From a virus (Duplodnaviria > Caudoviricetes): DNA of 29,191 nt. Made by a program: the position numbers and the translations under genes. The stretch covers positions 1 through 29,191 of IMG/VR virus record IMGVR_UViG_3300016476_000967. One strand, written 5' to 3'. Of this stretch, positions 8,120 through 16,329 are shown one piece after another (the first letter of the stretch is position 1; every line of letters begins with the position of its first letter). The notes below the pieces were generated by a model. It did no database searches. It was not told the DNA's origin and worked only from the letters and a program-made list of their open reading frames with translations.

Positions 8120-8351
8120 GTGTTAATCTCCACAATATAAATTCTTCTTTGGTTAGCCAATGATATTCAATGACTGGCTCACCTGGTCCTGTTATGATAC
8201 GTGTGCCTTTGTATGCATGTGTAAGCCAGATTTTCTTTCGACTTCTTGTACATCTGCGAGGAAGTAAAGAGAATGCCAGTTTCCAATTGCAGCGTTCTAA
8301 ATAAGGCTCTATATAATCTTGCCAACTTAGTGTGTATCCAGAGCCCATCAT
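8106..8351 (-). CDS. Hypothetical protein (start probably at 8351)
   Basis: ATGA overlap with the queE stop; WKLAFSLLPRRC..KKIWL pattern. Confidence 0.6.
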   Translation of the reverse strand: MMGSGYTLSWQDYIEPYLERCNWKLAFSLLPRRCTRSRKKIWLTHAYKGTRIITGPGEPVIEYHWLTKEEFILWRLTHGNI

Positions 8352-9214
8352 TTGCCCCAGCCATTGCCCCATAGGTCAACGTGCAGGCGAGGACTGTAGT
8401 TGTAGCCTTTGCTCAGTGCCCAGTCTGCAACTCGAACGCGGTTGCGTTCATAGGGAGTCACAACGCCACCTTGCGGCATTACATAGACTACGCCCATAAA
8501 TCCGCCTGCTCTAAATTCTTTAACTGCACGTTCTACTTCTGCAAAGTGCTGCTCAGTTTCTACTACAAATTTAAGATATACTCTTCCAAATTCTTGATAG
8601 CTGGCTACAATGTCGGGACAAATAGCTTCCTCCCACTTTTCGCCGCTTGCACTGAGTTTGGCGCTTACACTAAATGTAATTTCTTTATCACCTTGCATGT
8701 CTGGCATTTGCCACTGTACCATGTAATCTGCAAATCTTGACTGTATCTTTTGTGTTCCGTTTGTTTCAAACGTAATGTTTCTTAGATCAGACATTGCGGA
8801 ATGGCTTAACAAATCCTCATAGGCTCGTTGCCATCCCAGTAACGGTTCTCCACCTGTAATAACAAGATGAACATCGTTTCCGTTGTCTTGTATCCATTTA
8901 CCATTAGGCGTTAAGGCTGCTAGTTTGCCCACAAGTTCGTCTGTGTCATAAGTCGGGCTCAGCTCTTTAAATGCAGGATGCCAACTGGCATAGCTGTCGC
9001 AGCCGGTATTAACTAGTGGCAGTTCTTCAAAAGTTTTATATAGATGGATATTCTTTGCTACTTCATCTGCTTCGGTACTTTTTACACCGGGCGCGCAACC
9101 AAAGCTGCTGCAAGTAAAGTTGCAGCCAAAGGTTCGAAGAAATACGCTAGGCACGCCAACAAAACGACCTTCGCCTTGCGCAGAATAAAACAGTTCACTT
9201 ACTTTGATTTTCAT
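8348..9214 (-). CDS. queE: 7-carboxy-7-deazaguanine synthase QueE (radical SAM)
   Basis: ELFYSAQGEG..G.PSVFLRTFGCN, CDS, LVITGGEPLL, ETNGT, SAKL and SPRLHVDLWG are QueE hallmarks; queD and folE are nearby. Confidence 0.92.
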   Translation of the reverse strand: MKIKVSELFYSAQGEGRFVGVPSVFLRTFGCNFTCSSFGCAPGVKSTEADEVAKNIHLYKTFEELPLVNTGCDSYASWHPAFKELSPTYDTDELVGKLAALTPNGKWIQDNGNDVHLVITGGEPLLGWQRAYEDLLSHSAMSDLRNITFETNGTQKIQSRFADYMVQWQMPDMQGDKEITFSVSAKLSASGEKWEEAICPDIVASYQEFGRVYLKFVVETEQHFAEVERAVKEFRAGGFMGVVYVMPQGGVVTPYERNRVRVADWALSKGYNYSPRLHVDLWGNGWGK

Positions 9215-9497
9215 ATATGCTTGACCACAGTTTAAGTTTTTCTTTTTTAGCTAGCTTTGCGGCTTCTAAACTATCTTTATTTAGAACGCCTTGCTCCACT
9301 AAAATATCTACTAATGCTAACACATCACCCACTTCAGTTTCAAGCATTTTGTTATGCTTTAATCCCGTTTTGTAGTGCTGGCTATCCAAACCGAAGCGAA
9401 AGCATTTGCTGACTTCCTGCACCACTTCGGCACATTCTTCTTGCAATATAACTAACGCTTCCTTGGTGTTATCTTTAATTTGATTTAAATTTTTCAT
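9195..9497 (-). CDS. MazG-like nucleotide pyrophosphohydrolase
   Basis: LQEECAEVVQEVSK..RFG...LETEVGDVL (ExxE...ExxD metal motif). Confidence 0.82.
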   Translation of the reverse strand: MKNLNQIKDNTKEALVILQEECAEVVQEVSKCFRFGLDSQHYKTGLKHNKMLETEVGDVLALVDILVEQGVLNKDSLEAAKLAKKEKLKLWSSIYENQSK

Positions 9498-10677
9498 TGA
9501 TTAAGTTGACTACTTGAACCGCAGTCGCTGGGCCCAGCGTCCAACCCAAATGACCATGCCCGGTATTATAGAAAACTTTTGAATTGGTTTTGCTTTGGCG
9601 AATAACGGGCATCATATTTGGTGTCATTGGACGCAAGCATGCCCACTGTGTGTAATCGTGCGTATTGATATTTGGGAAGTTTGTATGAACCCAATTAAGT
9701 AAAGGTTCAATCCTATCACGACGAATGTCATAGTTTTCGCCTGCAAGCTCTGCAGTACCAGCAACTCTGAGTTTATTGCCCAATGTCGAAGTTACAATTT
9801 TTGCTTCGTCGTCTAATAGACTAACCTTAGGTAAATGCTTCGGATCAACATTATTAATAGTAATACTATAACCCTTTACAGGATAAACGCCGATGTCTTC
9901 TCGCAACTGTTTGGCCAATTCAACACTACCGACACCGTTTGCAATGACTACCGCATCGTGACTTTCTGCCAAAGATGCAATGTCATTTACTTTCCAGTTA
10001 TAAAAAAATATAACATTGTGCTGATGTTTTAGAAAATCTGCTAGCACATAGCAAAACTTATGAATATCACCAGTCCAATCGCTTTTAGTATATGTTGCTC
10101 CTACGATACCTTTGATATCTTTAAGTGCAGGATCAACTACGGGTACATATGCTGGATTAACTTCTTCACGATCTAAACCATTTGCATTATACAAAAACAT
10201 AACGTCCTGAGCATTTTCCCAATATGATTCTTTTTTGTAAAAATGCAAAATACCGCAATCGCTGCGATCAAACATTGCGTGTTCTATGTTTTGATCTTGA
10301 CAAATTTCGTCGTATAGTTTTCTTGACTCGATGGCCATACGTACAGTATCTGCAGTATTTCTGTTTGCATCACCTTTTAGAGTATGCCATAAGAATCTCA
10401 ATGTCCATCGCCACATTGAATAATCTAATCGCCATGGCTTAAATCTCAGTGGAGCATCTTTTTTGAACATCCACTTGATGCCCTTTACAATATTGCTCCA
10501 GCTGGTCCAAACTTCGCTATTACTGGCAGAAATTTGTCCGCCGTTTGCAAAACTGGTACGCATAGCAGGATATCGTTCCTGCTCATATACAGTTACGGTA
10601 TATCCTGCCTTTGCTAGATAATAGGCTGTGGTGATGCCGCTAATACCAGCACCCACTACTGCTACTCGTTTGCTCAT
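9475..10677 (-). CDS. dadA: D-amino acid dehydrogenase (DadA-like FAD oxidoreductase)
   Basis: VAVVGAGISG FAD motif, TSFANGGQIS, YPVKGYSIT, RVAGTAE, WACLRPMTP and NTGHGHLGWT. Confidence 0.88.
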   Translation of the reverse strand: MSKRVAVVGAGISGITTAYYLAKAGYTVTVYEQERYPAMRTSFANGGQISASNSEVWTSWSNIVKGIKWMFKKDAPLRFKPWRLDYSMWRWTLRFLWHTLKGDANRNTADTVRMAIESRKLYDEICQDQNIEHAMFDRSDCGILHFYKKESYWENAQDVMFLYNANGLDREEVNPAYVPVVDPALKDIKGIVGATYTKSDWTGDIHKFCYVLADFLKHQHNVIFFYNWKVNDIASLAESHDAVVIANGVGSVELAKQLREDIGVYPVKGYSITINNVDPKHLPKVSLLDDEAKIVTSTLGNKLRVAGTAELAGENYDIRRDRIEPLLNWVHTNFPNINTHDYTQWACLRPMTPNMMPVIRQSKTNSKVFYNTGHGHLGWTLGPATAVQVVNLINEKFKSN

Positions 10678-11285
10678 TGGGTTTTAAGTTTCTTTTGTAG
10701 ATAATTCAACAGAACGCCGTAAGCCGGAAGAATGACCAATAGGCTTACAATAATTTTAGTAATGCTGTGTGCAGCCGCTGCACTTACCCAATTATGCTCG
10801 TAAGGGCTACCAGCAACATTGGCAAAGGCCACATAATAGAATGTGTAAGTATCGATAATCATAGTTACGATGCTGGATACCGTTGGGGCGATCCACCATT
10901 GCTGATACTTTTCGCGGAAGTAACTAAACACATAAACGTCTAGCATTGTACTGACAGCGTAAGCACAGCCCGAAGCTAGACCAATACTAACAGCAATGCT
11001 ACTAGGAGCACCGCTTAGTGCCACAATCGCCATGCTAATTAAAATGGCAGGAATAAAGGACAATGTAACAACTACACGACCCATTTCCTTGCCGATCATA
11101 CGAACAGTTAGGTCAGTGGCAACGACTACCAAGGGAAAAGTAAATGCTGCATAGCTAATTACAGTTCCAAAAATTGGAAAGTTGTGAGTTACAATCCAGT
11201 TGCTAACAGCAATAACAAAAATTTGTAGAGCAACTAGTTTTGCAACTAAAACCCTATCTAACGTTCCTAAGATTTTTTCTAACAT
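10674..11285 (-). CDS. yhhQ: Queuosine-precursor transporter, YhhQ/VUT family
   Basis: About 6 TM helices; IAVSN, FTFP..VVATDLTVR..G, LDVYVF..R, WWIAP..S..IDT motifs. Confidence 0.88.
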   Translation of the reverse strand: MLEKILGTLDRVLVAKLVALQIFVIAVSNWIVTHNFPIFGTVISYAAFTFPLVVVATDLTVRMIGKEMGRVVVTLSFIPAILISMAIVALSGAPSSIAVSIGLASGCAYAVSTMLDVYVFSYFREKYQQWWIAPTVSSIVTMIIDTYTFYYVAFANVAGSPYEHNWVSAAAAHSITKIIVSLLVILPAYGVLLNYLQKKLKTQ

Positions 11286-11294
11286 ATTTTTCCT

Positions 11295-11798
11295 TTAAGC
11301 AAATAAATCTTCATTCCATTCGCGATGACCTTCGCGGAAAGCCATGTTGGCTTGTGTTTCGCGAACTTCAACACGATAGCACCATAGACGCTCTGCTTCG
11401 CCCGGTCCCCAATAGTCGGGAATATAAACACCGTTGACGAATTTGTATAATTGATCAGCAAGTCCTTCGCAACCAATACGTGGAAGAACAACGATTTTGG
11501 CCATGTTCCGCTCTTGCAGCATCTTAAATGTTTCTAGCTCAGGATCGTCTGCTGCAACGATTAGCGTATGGTCAAACTGATCTTCTAAAATCTTCTTTAG
11601 TTCTTTAAGTCCACCATAGTCTGCTGCCCAGTTGCGAGCATCTAGGTCATTAGTGCCAAAGTAAAACTTCATTGAGAAGCTGTATCCGTGGATTAGATTG
11701 CAATGACTATCTGCTCGCCATTGCCGATATGCACATGGAAATGCGTCGTGATATTCTTTTGTGCTAGTATATTTGTAAGTTACAGGTTGATTTGCCAT
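11295..11798 (-). CDS. queD: 6-carboxytetrahydropterin synthase QueD
   Basis: CNLIHGYS, ADYGGLK, FDHTLIV, GCEGLA and VEVRET T-fold motifs; SD AAGGAG. Confidence 0.88.
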   Translation of the reverse strand: MANQPVTYKYTSTKEYHDAFPCAYRQWRADSHCNLIHGYSFSMKFYFGTNDLDARNWAADYGGLKELKKILEDQFDHTLIVAADDPELETFKMLQERNMAKIVVLPRIGCEGLADQLYKFVNGVYIPDYWGPGEAERLWCYRVEVRETQANMAFREGHREWNEDLFA

Positions 11799-11881
11799 CT
11801 CTAGTCTCCTTTTGTTAAAGTAGCAAGTTTGATGACATGCAGAATTTATAAAGCGGGGTGAATGTCTTAAGAGACCGCTGT
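11799..11881 (-). ncRNA. Candidate cis-regulatory RNA (preQ1-I-like riboswitch variant) upstream of queD
   Basis: AGCGG-UCUCUUAAGACAUUCACC-CCGCU-UUAUAAAUUCUGC-AUGUC: 5 bp P1, loop starting with U and ending ACC, A-rich tail, GACAU/AUGUC pseudoknot; located 5' of queD-yhhQ. Confidence 0.55.
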
Positions 11882-11892
11882 AGTGATAATAA

Positions 11893-11899
11893 TATTTAT
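11893..11899 (-). promoter_or_regulatory. Possible late-type promoter ATAAATA for the queD operon
   Basis: AATAAATATT lies about 13 nt before the candidate RNA element. Confidence 0.4.
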
Positions 11900-12402
11900 T
11901 CCCACCAATTTTCGTATGGAAATATTAGCTCGTCAGTTTCGTAGTGTGCAAGTTCGACTGCTGAGTAATCGATGTCTACGTCCATGTTGGCTGGCGCAAA
12001 ATCATATAGCACAGCAAATCTAGTAGATCCGTTCCATACTTCATTCCAACGAGTTCCGTTGGGGAAACTGCTAGTTTGCCAATCCTGTTTGATCCAGTTT
12101 AGTGTTTTCCCCGTTCTATTCACATCGTTGACGATTAGAATTTTTTTAGGTTCGCTGGTGCAGCCGAAGGCATCTTCTGACATCCACAGATTTGATTCGG
12201 GATCCTCTGCGGTGGCATTTAGTGTGTAAAGCGGAACTTCAAAGTATTTGCTGAGCATGGTAGCAGCAACCAGACCGCCAGGCACAATGCCCACAATGTA
12301 ATCGGGCAACCAGTTGCTTTTTGCAATTTGTCTGCAAAGATTATTAACTAGACCGTTAAATTGTTTTTGATCTACGATAAGTTTATTCACGAACTTCCTC
12401 AA
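11896..12402 (-). CDS. Type I purine phosphoribosyltransferase (Gpt/XGPRT-like), divergent PRPP motif
   Basis: PDYIVGIVPGGLVAA, KILIVNDVNRTGKTL (PRPP loop) and C-terminal LIFPYENW. Confidence 0.8.
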   Translation of the reverse strand: MRKFVNKLIVDQKQFNGLVNNLCRQIAKSNWLPDYIVGIVPGGLVAATMLSKYFEVPLYTLNATAEDPESNLWMSEDAFGCTSEPKKILIVNDVNRTGKTLNWIKQDWQTSSFPNGTRWNEVWNGSTRFAVLYDFAPANMDVDIDYSAVELAHYETDELIFPYENWWE

Positions 12403-12688
12403 TTAGTTGCTTAATTGGTTTAACATAACTGTCGGTAATTAAGTGACCGAATGCAAGGCTAAACAGTAGTGCAGCATCTTCGTCGGGAAAAAAGATCCTT
12501 GTAGTTCCGCCCGATCCAAAATGAATTGGCTTGCATCCTGGAAACATTAGCGCATCAAATGTCTGCATATTATGAGGCTTAAATGCGCTAGTCCAGAGTC
12601 CTGCATATCTAACTGCACCGCGATTTAGAAGATATGTTTCCACATCCTTGTTATAGCTAGAAACATCTACTGGATAACGACCGTTCAT
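12383..12688 (-). CDS. Hypothetical protein (start probably MNGRYP at 12688)
   Basis: ATGA overlap with the upstream stop; FPDEDAALLFSL motif. Confidence 0.6.
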   Translation of the reverse strand: MNGRYPVDVSSYNKDVETYLLNRGAVRYAGLWTSAFKPHNMQTFDALMFPGCKPIHFGSGGTTRIFFPDEDAALLFSLAFGHLITDSYVKPIKQLIEEVRE

Positions 12689-13146
12689 GAGTTTTTGGCA
12701 GCTACACGATCTGCGAGATATTGTTCGTGCTGTACCCACTTGCCTTTACGCATAAAGCCCCATTCACGTTGTTGGGGGCCTGGCATAAACAGAGTCCAGC
12801 ATGTAACATTAGGATCTAGTTCAATACGGTGAAAGCTTTTTGCGCTGCAAAAGCGAAAGTGCCCAGGCCCGCGCCATTTTGCAATTTCGCCGATCTTTTT
12901 GCCATTAGCATCGCATTGCGGAACCCACTCCCAATAACCACCTCTTAGGATAAGCGTAGCGTAAGGCCATGGATGGTCATGCAGATCATCGGGGTCTGAC
13001 TTAAGAAATTTATGAAGGAACACATTAAAGGGAAACCGCTTTCGGTCCTTAAGGAATAGATAATAGCGTTCGAGATATGGTTCATCGTTGATCCTGTCCA
13101 TTACAACTCGCTTGCGACCGAGTTTTTCTAGCAGCTTTAGAAACAT
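12685..13146 (-). CDS. Cupin-domain protein (cysteine dioxygenase-like fold)
   Basis: LHDHPW...LRGGYWE...FHRIEL...WTLFM two-motif cupin signature; SD AAAGGA. Confidence 0.8.
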   Translation of the reverse strand: MFLKLLEKLGRKRVVMDRINDEPYLERYYLFLKDRKRFPFNVFLHKFLKSDPDDLHDHPWPYATLILRGGYWEWVPQCDANGKKIGEIAKWRGPGHFRFCSAKSFHRIELDPNVTCWTLFMPGPQQREWGFMRKGKWVQHEQYLADRVAAKNS

Positions 13147-13177
13147 TTCTTAATCCTTTCGAAAATGTTACTCTATA

Positions 13178-13206
13178 ATTATAAAATGAAATCACTACCC
13201 AGTCAA
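13178..13206 (-). promoter_or_regulatory. sigma70 promoter for the cupin-PRTase genes
   Basis: TTGACT-17 bp-TATAAT. Confidence 0.75.
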
Positions 13207-14504
13207 GGTTTAATAATACCGATATTGAGTTTGTCTCTGCTGATATTGCTAGCAACAAACGCCCATTCGTTATTGATCTTTACGGGCAGTATAAAACCTT
13301 TGTTAACATAATTTTGTGCTAGGCTGTTAATTGAATTTCTAACAGTCATAACAGGGCTTTGGTATTCAGTAAAAGAACCTGTGCCATCATTTATCCACAA
13401 AATATTAGATTCGCTAGTCAAAGTGTCCCAGCTAGCTAACCATACGTCGAGCTTACCATCATTATTATAATCAATAACTTTGGGAATGTACGAGCTTAAA
13501 CTGGTTTTTCTATATACAAGATTAGTAGCATCCGAAAATACAAAGTTTCCTTGATTCAAGTAAACCTGCATAATGTGTTCGTGATCCGCTGTGCCTTGCC
13601 TCACGCTTGCGCTGTCCAACGCGCTAATAACTATGATATCTTTAAGACCATCGCCATTTAGGTCTGCAACCACACAACTAACGTCGTGGCTTTCTTCATT
13701 TACACTATTTGTATCGTAATAGGGTTTTGGTAAATTATGTCCTGCAACGGGTTTTAGCAAACTGTTAAGTTCAAAAATTGCATTGTCAATTACAGGACCT
13801 TTATTACCGTCCAGGTTTAAATCAGTAATTACGATTTGGGGCTTGCCAGAATTGTTAAAGTCTCCTACACAAACACCCGAACCATGCATCCAATATGGGG
13901 GACTGCTGTTATATGTATGGTCAACAAAAGAAAAATTGCCACTACCGTCATTGAGCCAAATTTGACCGTAGCTGTTAATTACATCGATATCGCCGTCACT
14001 ATCTAAGTCCGCAGTGGTCGCACCGTGACTCCATGTTAATCCTGGCACAGTAACTTGCGCATGGCTAAGTCCGCGTCTACTTAGAAACACATAATTTTTA
14101 TTAAAATCATATGCGGGAGCATCTGTGAAACCTGCAAAAAAGATATCGTCGATGCCGTCATTATTGAAATCTGCAACCAGCGGCATGTTTACAGATGCAT
14201 TAAACTCACTGCCCAAAATAGAAACTGTAACATCTGAAATGCGATCTGCTGCAATTCTAAAAATCTTTACACTGGGGTCGGGGTTTACATTCACAGTCTG
14301 ATTGCTTGCGTACCATCCGGCAACTACAGCATACTTTTCTCCCGTGCCTGTAAAATCACCTACAGCAACACTCGGTACAAAACTGTAGTTTGAATCAAAG
14401 CTTACACTTGCAAGTCGGAGTTCAGCTTTAGCTTTTGGCTCGCTGCTGCCGCCACCGCATGCAGCCAAAGTTAGTGCCAACAAAAAAGGAATGACTTTGA
14501 ACAT
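13203..14504 (-). CDS. Lipoprotein with FG-GAP/VCBS repeats (beta-propeller)
   Basis: Signal peptide MFKVIPFLLALTLAA-C (lipobox); six DxNxDGxxD-type repeats (e.g. ADFNNDGIDDI, ADLDSDGDIDV, ADLNGDGLKDI, IDYNNDGKLDV). Confidence 0.85.
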   Translation of the reverse strand: MFKVIPFLLALTLAACGGGSSEPKAKAELRLASVSFDSNYSFVPSVAVGDFTGTGEKYAVVAGWYASNQTVNVNPDPSVKIFRIAADRISDVTVSILGSEFNASVNMPLVADFNNDGIDDIFFAGFTDAPAYDFNKNYVFLSRRGLSHAQVTVPGLTWSHGATTADLDSDGDIDVINSYGQIWLNDGSGNFSFVDHTYNSSPPYWMHGSGVCVGDFNNSGKPQIVITDLNLDGNKGPVIDNAIFELNSLLKPVAGHNLPKPYYDTNSVNEESHDVSCVVADLNGDGLKDIIVISALDSASVRQGTADHEHIMQVYLNQGNFVFSDATNLVYRKTSLSSYIPKVIDYNNDGKLDVWLASWDTLTSESNILWINDGTGSFTEYQSPVMTVRNSINSLAQNYVNKGFILPVKINNEWAFVASNISRDKLNIGIIKP

Positions 14505-14510
14505 TCCTTT

Positions 14511-14539
14511 ATTATACATATCACGTTATTTTAAGTCAT
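14511..14539 (-). promoter_or_regulatory. sigma70 promoter for the lipoprotein gene
   Basis: ATGACT-17 bp-TATAAT; ATG 6 nt after the -10 box. Confidence 0.6.
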
Positions 14540-14937
14540 TAATGTTTGAGCATTTCCATGCTAACAATTTGGGCAATATTTTCTGCCACATTTTGATCAT
14601 CGTGAATAACATGTACAGTATAAGTGTTTCTGTCTGTTTTTGGATCGTAATGTCTTATATTAACAATGATACCGCCTCTTGCTGGCGTAATATCAAATCT
14701 AATAGAATCGTCGCTAGAATATCCGGGATCAGATGAGGAAGCGAGCACCATATCCTGACTCGTATCCTCGTCATTATTAAGCCAATCCCTAATCCATTGC
14801 TTAAAAGTTCTTCGTTTCTGTTTCATAATCTTTTTAACTTTTTTAACTGATCCTATCTTGTTCGCATAAAGCCCTGACGATGCTAAGGCGCTCTTCTGCG
14901 TCGCGTAAACTGTTGAGCGCATCTTGTATTGTGACAT
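14539..14937 (-). CDS. Hypothetical protein (alternative start at 14826)
   Basis: The C-terminal domain (IRFDITPARGGIIV) fills the gap; the 5' part overlaps the upstream gene by 95 bp. Confidence 0.65.
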   Translation of the reverse strand: MSQYKMRSTVYATQKSALASSGLYANKIGSVKKVKKIMKQKRRTFKQWIRDWLNNDEDTSQDMVLASSSDPGYSSDDSIRFDITPARGGIIVNIRHYDPKTDRNTYTVHVIHDDQNVAENIAQIVSMEMLKH

Positions 14938-15208
14938 TTTCTTTTGCCAATCTTTCTAAACTTTCTTGTCGCTGTTTTTGTTCTCTTGCCCAGCGCAGCA
15001 ACTCGATCGCCTCGTCATCTAATGAAACATCAACAGTTTGAGAAACGCTAACCCAAGCAGAGCCGTCGTAAACTTCAATATTCTGACTTTGCTGATTATA
15101 TCTTAGCATTCCGAACCCCGAAGCCATTGAAGGATTTGGAGCACCTAAATAATTTCCGCCATAGTGGCCGACTTTTAAAAACGGACCTTGACTAAGATTT
15201 TTAATCAT
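14843..15208 (-). CDS. Hypothetical protein, 121 aa (GMLRYN..IEVYDG..W motif plus coiled coil)
   Basis: Tightly packed ORF. Confidence 0.7.
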   Translation of the reverse strand: MIKNLSQGPFLKVGHYGGNYLGAPNPSMASGFGMLRYNQQSQNIEVYDGSAWVSVSQTVDVSLDDEAIELLRWAREQKQRQESLERLAKENVTIQDALNSLRDAEERLSIVRALCEQDRIS

Positions 15209-15209
15209 G

Positions 15210-15401
15210 TTATTCAGCGACGTCCATTGCGTTCCATTCTCTAACCACTTCGATCATTTCTTCTTCAGTGTTGCAGAGAATTTTAGCAGTCTTCCAATCG
15301 TTTTCTTCATCGCGGCCGCCCACTTCTACCATGAAGCCGTTGTCATAACGATTGATAGTGATAGATTCATTTACTTTGTTTAGTTTTGTTAGTTTTGACA
15401 T
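15210..15401 (-). CDS. Hypothetical acidic protein, 63 aa
   Basis: Tightly packed ORF. Confidence 0.7.
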   Translation of the reverse strand: MSKLTKLNKVNESITINRYDNGFMVEVGGRDEENDWKTAKILCNTEEEMIEVVREWNAMDVAE

Positions 15402-15606
15402 TTTGTTTTTTCGCTTTCTTTGGTTGTTCTGTTGCCACGGGCATTGTGGATTCGAATTTTAGAATTGCAGCACGAACATCGCGCAGCAATGCTTCGTCAT
15501 CCCATTTAAGTTCAGTTTCGCCATTTTCATAAGTGAAAACAGTTAAGTGTGAGCCTGTAGTTACTTTGGGCCAAATTATATCAGTTTGCTTTTTCTTCGT
15601 TGCCAT
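15367..15606 (-). CDS. Hypothetical protein, 79 aa
   Basis: SD GAGG, 2 bp after the folE stop. Confidence 0.65.
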   Translation of the reverse strand: MATKKKQTDIIWPKVTTGSHLTVFTYENGETELKWDDEALLRDVRAAILKFESTMPVATEQPKKAKKQNVKTNKTKQSK

Positions 15607-15608
15607 AA

Positions 15609-16328
15609 TTACCTCGGAGCGAATTCCTGTTGCAATTTAATATTATCAAAGAATTCCTTCTTTGTGCCAGCATCGTCTTTAAATGCACCTTTTAGTACAG
15701 TAGTTTGTGTTAGCGAACTGTGCGCCATAATACCACGATTTTCGCAGCATCCGTGTACAGCTTGAATATATACACCCAAGTCTTGCGCGCCAGTTGCCTT
15801 TTCAATTTCTCGAGCAATATCATTAGCAAGTTCCTCCTGGAGAGTGCCGCGTCTTGCACACCATTGAGCGATGCGTGTATATTTTGAGAGGCCAATTAGT
15901 TTGCTAGCAGCAATGATGCCGATATAAGCAACACCAGATACAGGCTGATGATGATGGCTACACATGCTTCGTAACTCACTACGGACAACCAACATGCCTT
16001 CATATCGGTCTTGGCTGTCGTTTGGAAATGCGGTTGCGTCTGGTCTTGGGTCATAGCGTCCACTCATAATTTCATTGAAATACATTTTAGCTAATCGCTT
16101 GGCTGTACCTTTGCTGTTAGGATCTGTTTCTCTATCAATCAGCAGGGTATCTAGCACTTGCTCAAATGCCGCAGTTGCTTCTTTGATTAGTTCATCTTTT
16201 TCAACATCGCTAATGTATTCGCTGATGTTATCGCCTGCCCAAAAGCGTTTGTTATCTTGCTTAAGTCTATCACGGATAACTTGACTCAGGGGCTTTCCGT
16301 CTTCTTCTTTGTAATTTAGTTCTGCCAT
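15609..16328 (-). CDS. folE: GTP cyclohydrolase I FolE
   Basis: TAKRLAKMY, SMCSHHHQP, IGLSKYTR, LQEEL, HGCCENRG and KKEFF motifs. Confidence 0.95.
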   Translation of the reverse strand: MAELNYKEEDGKPLSQVIRDRLKQDNKRFWAGDNISEYISDVEKDELIKEATAAFEQVLDTLLIDRETDPNSKGTAKRLAKMYFNEIMSGRYDPRPDATAFPNDSQDRYEGMLVVRSELRSMCSHHHQPVSGVAYIGIIAASKLIGLSKYTRIAQWCARRGTLQEELANDIAREIEKATGAQDLGVYIQAVHGCCENRGIMAHSSLTQTTVLKGAFKDDAGTKKEFFDNIKLQQEFAPR

Positions 16329-16329
16329 A

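Noticed and set aside
11843-11880. Intrinsic terminator (GC stem followed by UUUAU) or a late promoter TATAAAT as the sole explanation of the queD leader
   Set aside because: The stem is short with an 18 nt loop and only three U residues, and the extra pseudoknot and anti-SD pairings are unexplained by a terminator. Kept as an alternative only.
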